From Sporopachydermia quercuum (Eukaryota): a stretch of DNA of 64,000 bases. The position numbers and the translations under genes are program-made. Numbering within the stretch: the first letter of the stretch is position 1; every line of letters begins with the position of its first letter. The DNA lies in NCBI GenBank assembly GCA_001599295.1, contig BCGN01000002.1, positions 930,001 to 994,000 on the forward strand, given 5' to 3'. This document shows positions 60,901-64,000 of this stretch, one piece after another. Below the pieces are notes generated by a model that saw nothing but the letters and a program-made list of their open reading frames with translations, was not told the origin of the DNA and did not search any database.

Positions 60901-62408
60901 CTGGTCTAGATTCTCAATCATCATGGTCAATTATTCAATTCTTGAGAGCTTTAGCTGATTCTGGTCAAGCTATTTTATGTACAATCCATCAACCTTCCGC
61001 AACATTGTTTGAAGTATTTGATAGATTGTTATTGTTAAAGAAAGGTGGGAAGACTGTTTACTTCGGTGATATTGGACCAAATTCTTCTGAATTATTGAAG
61101 TACTTTGAAAGACAATCAGGTGTCAAGTGTGGTATTTCTGAGAATCCTGCTGAGTACATTCTGAATTGTATTGGTGCTGGTGCTACTGCTTCAGCTGCTG
61201 CTGATTGGCATGATCTATGGCTCCAATCCCCTGAGTACGAAAAGATTTCCTCTGAAATTGATAGATTACATGAAGAATTACCAAAGAGGCCAATTAAAGA
61301 AGAATCCAAGAAACTAACCTCCAAATTCGCAACTCCTTACTATAATCAATTAAACGTTGTTTTCAAAAGAACTGCATTACAATTCTGGAGATCTCCTGTT
61401 TATATTAGAGCAAAGTTGCTTGAATGTGTCACTTGTTCGTTATTTGTTGGTTTCTCATTTGTTCACGTCAATCATTCTTTAGCTGATGCATCTAAGGGTA
61501 TTCTGTCAACTTTCATGATGTTGATTATCTCTTTAGCTATGATCAATCAAATGCACGTCTATGCCTATGACTCAAGAGAATTATTCGAAGTCAGAGAATC
61601 TGAATCAAACACTTTTCACTGGTCGACATTGTTGTTATCTCAGACATTCTGCGAAATCATCTCCTCTAGTTTCTGTCAATTCTTGTGTTTTGTCACATAC
61701 TATTTCCCTGCTAGATTCCCTGCCACTCCTCAACAAGCTGGTTATTATTTTTTAGCATGGGTTGTTATGTTCCCTATGTACTACTGCTCATACGGTTTAT
61801 GGATCTTATACTTATCACCAAACGTTCCATCAGCTTCAATGATCAATTCAAACTTGTTTGCCATGTTATTGCTTTTCTGTGGTATTTTACAACCAAGACA
61901 GTACATGCCAGGATTTTGGACATTTATGTACAAAGTCTCACCTTTCACATATTTTGTCCAATCATTTGTTGCACCTTTAGTTCACAACAGAGCACTAGTT
62001 TGTTCAGAAGCAGAATTCACTCAAATCAATCCTATTCCTGGTTCAACTTGTGGTGAATATTTGAATGATTTCATTAATGAATATGGTGGTTATCTCCAGG
62101 ATGAAAATGTTACTGCTCCCGACTTGTGTATGTACTGCGCGTACACTAATCAAGCAGCCCCAATGCAAGAATTCAACATCCACTGGACCTATAGATGGAG
62201 AAATTTCGGTTTCTTCTGGGTTTACATTGGCTTCAATTTTGCTGCAATGTTGGGATGTTACTACTTATTCAGAGTTAAGGTATGGAATGTCAAGGCAATT
62301 TTGGATATTAAGAATTGGTTCAATGGACCTAAGAAAGATCGTCATGAAAAGGATACCACTATTTTCCAAGCTAAGCCTGGTGATGACAAGGTAGTTAAGA
62401 CTGCTTGA
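57924..62408 (+). CDS. PDR12: Full-size PDR/ABCG transporter, weak-acid efflux Pdr12 clade
   Basis: GRPGAGCSTLLK, VSGGERKRVS, GESGAGKTTLL, LNVEQRKKLSIGVEL; Pdr12-like TIDFALKCKTP..R..RD.WCTVFGLRHTY and EKVIAEKDV. Confidence 0.9.
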   Translation: MATAVSPTTTRSSYDSSNDHDVQGYFPDNGAAEEENPQQYTEQVKRILSTPQSVERIASLARTLSRRVAADGKFEVNPDDFDLKVLLDYLQNKSGDQGIESAAAGIAFKNLTATGYDVSAAYAPTCAEMIRSMIKWPITLFKKNSLPLRKIVRDCIGVVNAGEMLFVVGRPGAGCSTLLKCCSGELESFVEVTGDFSYDGLEQHEMMKDFKGYVIYNPELDNHFPLISVKQTIDFALKCKTPTIRVDGISRTDYIDTMRDLWCTVFGLRHTYNTNVGNDYVRGVSGGERKRVSIVEALACNASIYAWDNATRGLDASTALEFSQAIRTATNLLNNSAMVAIYQAGENIYELFDKVLVLYLGRQIYYGPASKGKEYFERMGWYKPPRMTTPEFLTSVTDPNGRIPKEGYEDKLPQTADEFEQAWLNSPEYQAALDEYDEYCQLHPTTETRDRLHNAKIQRKHKLQRSKSQFVATFWAQLGYVTTRGFQRARGEFSYQCIYLSSFLTKGFVVGSMFWHIPHNTSGAYSVGGILFYVELFCALTSLAEIAHSFAHRPIILKQKSYSMYHQSAEALQEIITELPIKLVAVIILGLTTYWMPALKHNAGAFFAYMLFLLMIQQCMSFTFKLVATLTYDGCTAHAIAGLWCLLLCIYSGFILPLPQMHHWFKWFNWLNPMRYTFEQLLAFQFHGVDLPCSSLVPRGGLYDSLPITYKTCAADGAVPGEFYVSGANYMLVKFNFRFSHVWRNFGIMIAWTAGFIILYTAASEFVKNVESAGDMLLYKRGFLPKGKLETVDGKVASREEMMLALNGPDVDLEKVIAEKDVXSWKHLDYIIPYEGGKRQLLCDIQGYVKPGTMTALMGESGAGKTTLLNVLSQRIHFGTITGDMLVNGRPVDASFQRRTGYVQQQDLHLAEYTVRESLQFAAELRQPYEIPKKEKYEYVEKIISLLGMNNYANSIVGKIGRGLNVEQRKKLSIGVELVAKPSLLLFLDEPTSGLDSQSSWSIIQFLRALADSGQAILCTIHQPSATLFEVFDRLLLLKKGGKTVYFGDIGPNSSELLKYFERQSGVKCGISENPAEYILNCIGAGATASAAADWHDLWLQSPEYEKISSEIDRLHEELPKRPIKEESKKLTSKFATPYYNQLNVVFKRTALQFWRSPVYIRAKLLECVTCSLFVGFSFVHVNHSLADASKGILSTFMMLIISLAMINQMHVYAYDSRELFEVRESESNTFHWSTLLLSQTFCEIISSSFCQFLCFVTYYFPARFPATPQQAGYYFLAWVVMFPMYYCSYGLWILYLSPNVPSASMINSNLFAMLLLFCGILQPRQYMPGFWTFMYKVSPFTYFVQSFVAPLVHNRALVCSEAEFTQINPIPGSTCGEYLNDFINEYGGYLQDENVTAPDLCMYCAYTNQAAPMQEFNIHWTYRWRNFGFFWVYIGFNFAAMLGCYYLFRVKVWNVKAILDIKNWFNGPKKDRHEKDTTIFQAKPGDDKVVKTA

Positions 62409-63192
62409 ACTGACTTGTTGATTTGATCAACCAGTTTTATATTCCTTTCATTATACAAAATTCAATATTTTAGAATCAAGCAAGCATGAATNTAATTCTG
62501 CTTATACCACTATACCTTTCAGTTCATGGTTATCTTGATTATTTGGTTAAATTTCGATTGAGTACCAATCGGTAAGTTCAACTAGCATCTATTTAACTAC
62601 ATCTTCATAATATTTATTTGTTCCCTCATTTCCTTTACTTTANTTTACTAATAATTGATTACTATTGATCTTATTAATTGTTTGGGCTTGGTTTTTGTTT
62701 TTAGACATTATATATTTTCAATTAATACCAACCATGGTGTTTATTATAAACTAAGATATCGTAATGGTAGGAACCTTCAGAAAAAATGGANATGAAATGA
62801 ATACCTTCAAAAAGATACGAGAAAAATATTCAAATAAAGTTCAAACAGGGTATTACTATGTAAGTTAAGGTTCAAGAGTTTGAATAGTGCGAAGTGAAAG
62901 GATCAATTGAATAGAATGAAATTTTGATATCATATTGAATAAAGGAAAACGAGCCGGAAAGTATCGTAACATCTTTAATTTGGCCGCTGGATATAGTATA
63001 TGCTTAAAGCAATAAATGCAACCTACATTCATTTTCTTGTACATTAACGAGTATGTTTTTCCTTGTTCTCTTATAACTCAACTTCAAATAATAAACCAAA
63101 AAATATCGAGAAAGTAATAGAACCCAATAAAAATTGGCCAGGTTTCCTTCAGCCTTATATTCAGGAACATTTTTGAAGCAATCATGTAATCC

Positions 63193-63957
63193 TTATTTTG
63201 CAGTAAAGCCACCAGAGCAGAAAATGGTTTGCCCAGTAATCCATCCACCTTCAGATACTAAAAATCTGATAATTGGGACAATATCGTTGATCTCTGTTAA
63301 CCGACCTCCTAAACCTATACTCTTGTAAAATTGAATATCAGAATCTTCTTCTTGACCATAAAGAAATGGAGTATCCATTGGGCCAGGTGCCACGCAGTTG
63401 CAAGAAATAAGCTTTGATTTCAATTCGTGGGAAGCTGCCTTCGAGAAATATTCAACTGGGGCCTTGGATCCCTGATAGATGCCATAGAAAGGAGTATAAG
63501 CAGCCAGTAAAGATGTAACTAGAGAGACAATACGACCTCCTTCATTCAATGTTTTACCTGCCTCTTGGATGAAGAAGAAGGCAACCTTAGTGTTGACAGT
63601 GGTCATAGTATCATACTCTTCTTCTGAGACTTCAGTAACAGGTTTCTTCAAAACCATACCAATATTATTGATTGCAATATCTAAAGAGCCCAACTCGGAA
63701 ACTGCTTTCTCAAAAAGGGTCTTGACATCTTTAGCAGAAACTAATGATGCTTGATACAGTTTAACTGTAACGTTACTGGCAGAAGCTAATTCTTCGGCAA
63801 ACTTCTCGGCANCTGAAGTATCTTTCGATGAGTGATAATGAAGAAAAAGATTGGCACCTTTGGATGCTAACTCCTGTGCTGTAGCAGCACCAAGGTTCTT
63901 GGTACCACCAGTAATAATAACATTCTTTCCAGTTAATGGTAAGTTAGAGTCGTACAT
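63193..63957 (-). CDS. Short-chain dehydrogenase/reductase, PRK12744-like
   Basis: ITGGTKNLG, DIAINNIGMVLKKP, VTSLLAAYTPFY..YQGSK (YxxxK), PGPMDTPF, WITGQTI..SGG. Confidence 0.9.
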   Translation of the reverse strand: MYDSNLPLTGKNVIITGGTKNLGAATAQELASKGANLFLHYHSSKDTSXAEKFAEELASASNVTVKLYQASLVSAKDVKTLFEKAVSELGSLDIAINNIGMVLKKPVTEVSEEEYDTMTTVNTKVAFFFIQEAGKTLNEGGRIVSLVTSLLAAYTPFYGIYQGSKAPVEYFSKAASHELKSKLISCNCVAPGPMDTPFLYGQEEDSDIQFYKSIGLGGRLTEINDIVPIIRFLVSEGGWITGQTIFCSGGFTAK

Positions 63958-64000
63958 TTTGTTTTAGTGTTCTGTTGTAAGGAGAAGTATTAGATTATTC

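Overview
Eukaryotic, AT-rich, gene-dense DNA from a budding yeast (Saccharomycotina). CTG encodes conserved Leu, so it is not CUG-Ser clade. Scattered Ns suggest a heterozygous or low-confidence consensus. I support 22 protein genes: TPT1, STH1, an orphan 434-aa ORF, PAC1, HRK1, PNT1/LETM1-like, SSP2, PUS7, PRP46, ESA1, RRD2, PET20-family, EHT1-like, an orphan Ser-rich ORF, KIP2, an HXT transporter, PEP4, RAD53, BRR6/BRL1, RAI1, PDR12 and a PRK12744-type SDR. Three genes are split by introns that the ORF track misses (SSP2 x2, RRD2, PEP4). Gene order matches S. cerevisiae neighbourhoods as I recall them (YOR242-244, YOR266-269, YPL151-159, YGL246-247), which supports the divergent gene calls. 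Best lead: the meiotic gene SSP2 (intronless in S. cerevisiae) has two introns with non-consensus donors. Intron 1 has an exact Mer1-type enhancer (AUACCCUU) right after the donor, and the intron 2 donor can fold into a hairpin, suggesting meiosis-regulated splicing. No rRNA, intact tRNA, CRISPR or recognisable transposon was seen. All homology calls come from motif recognition by eye, not database searches.
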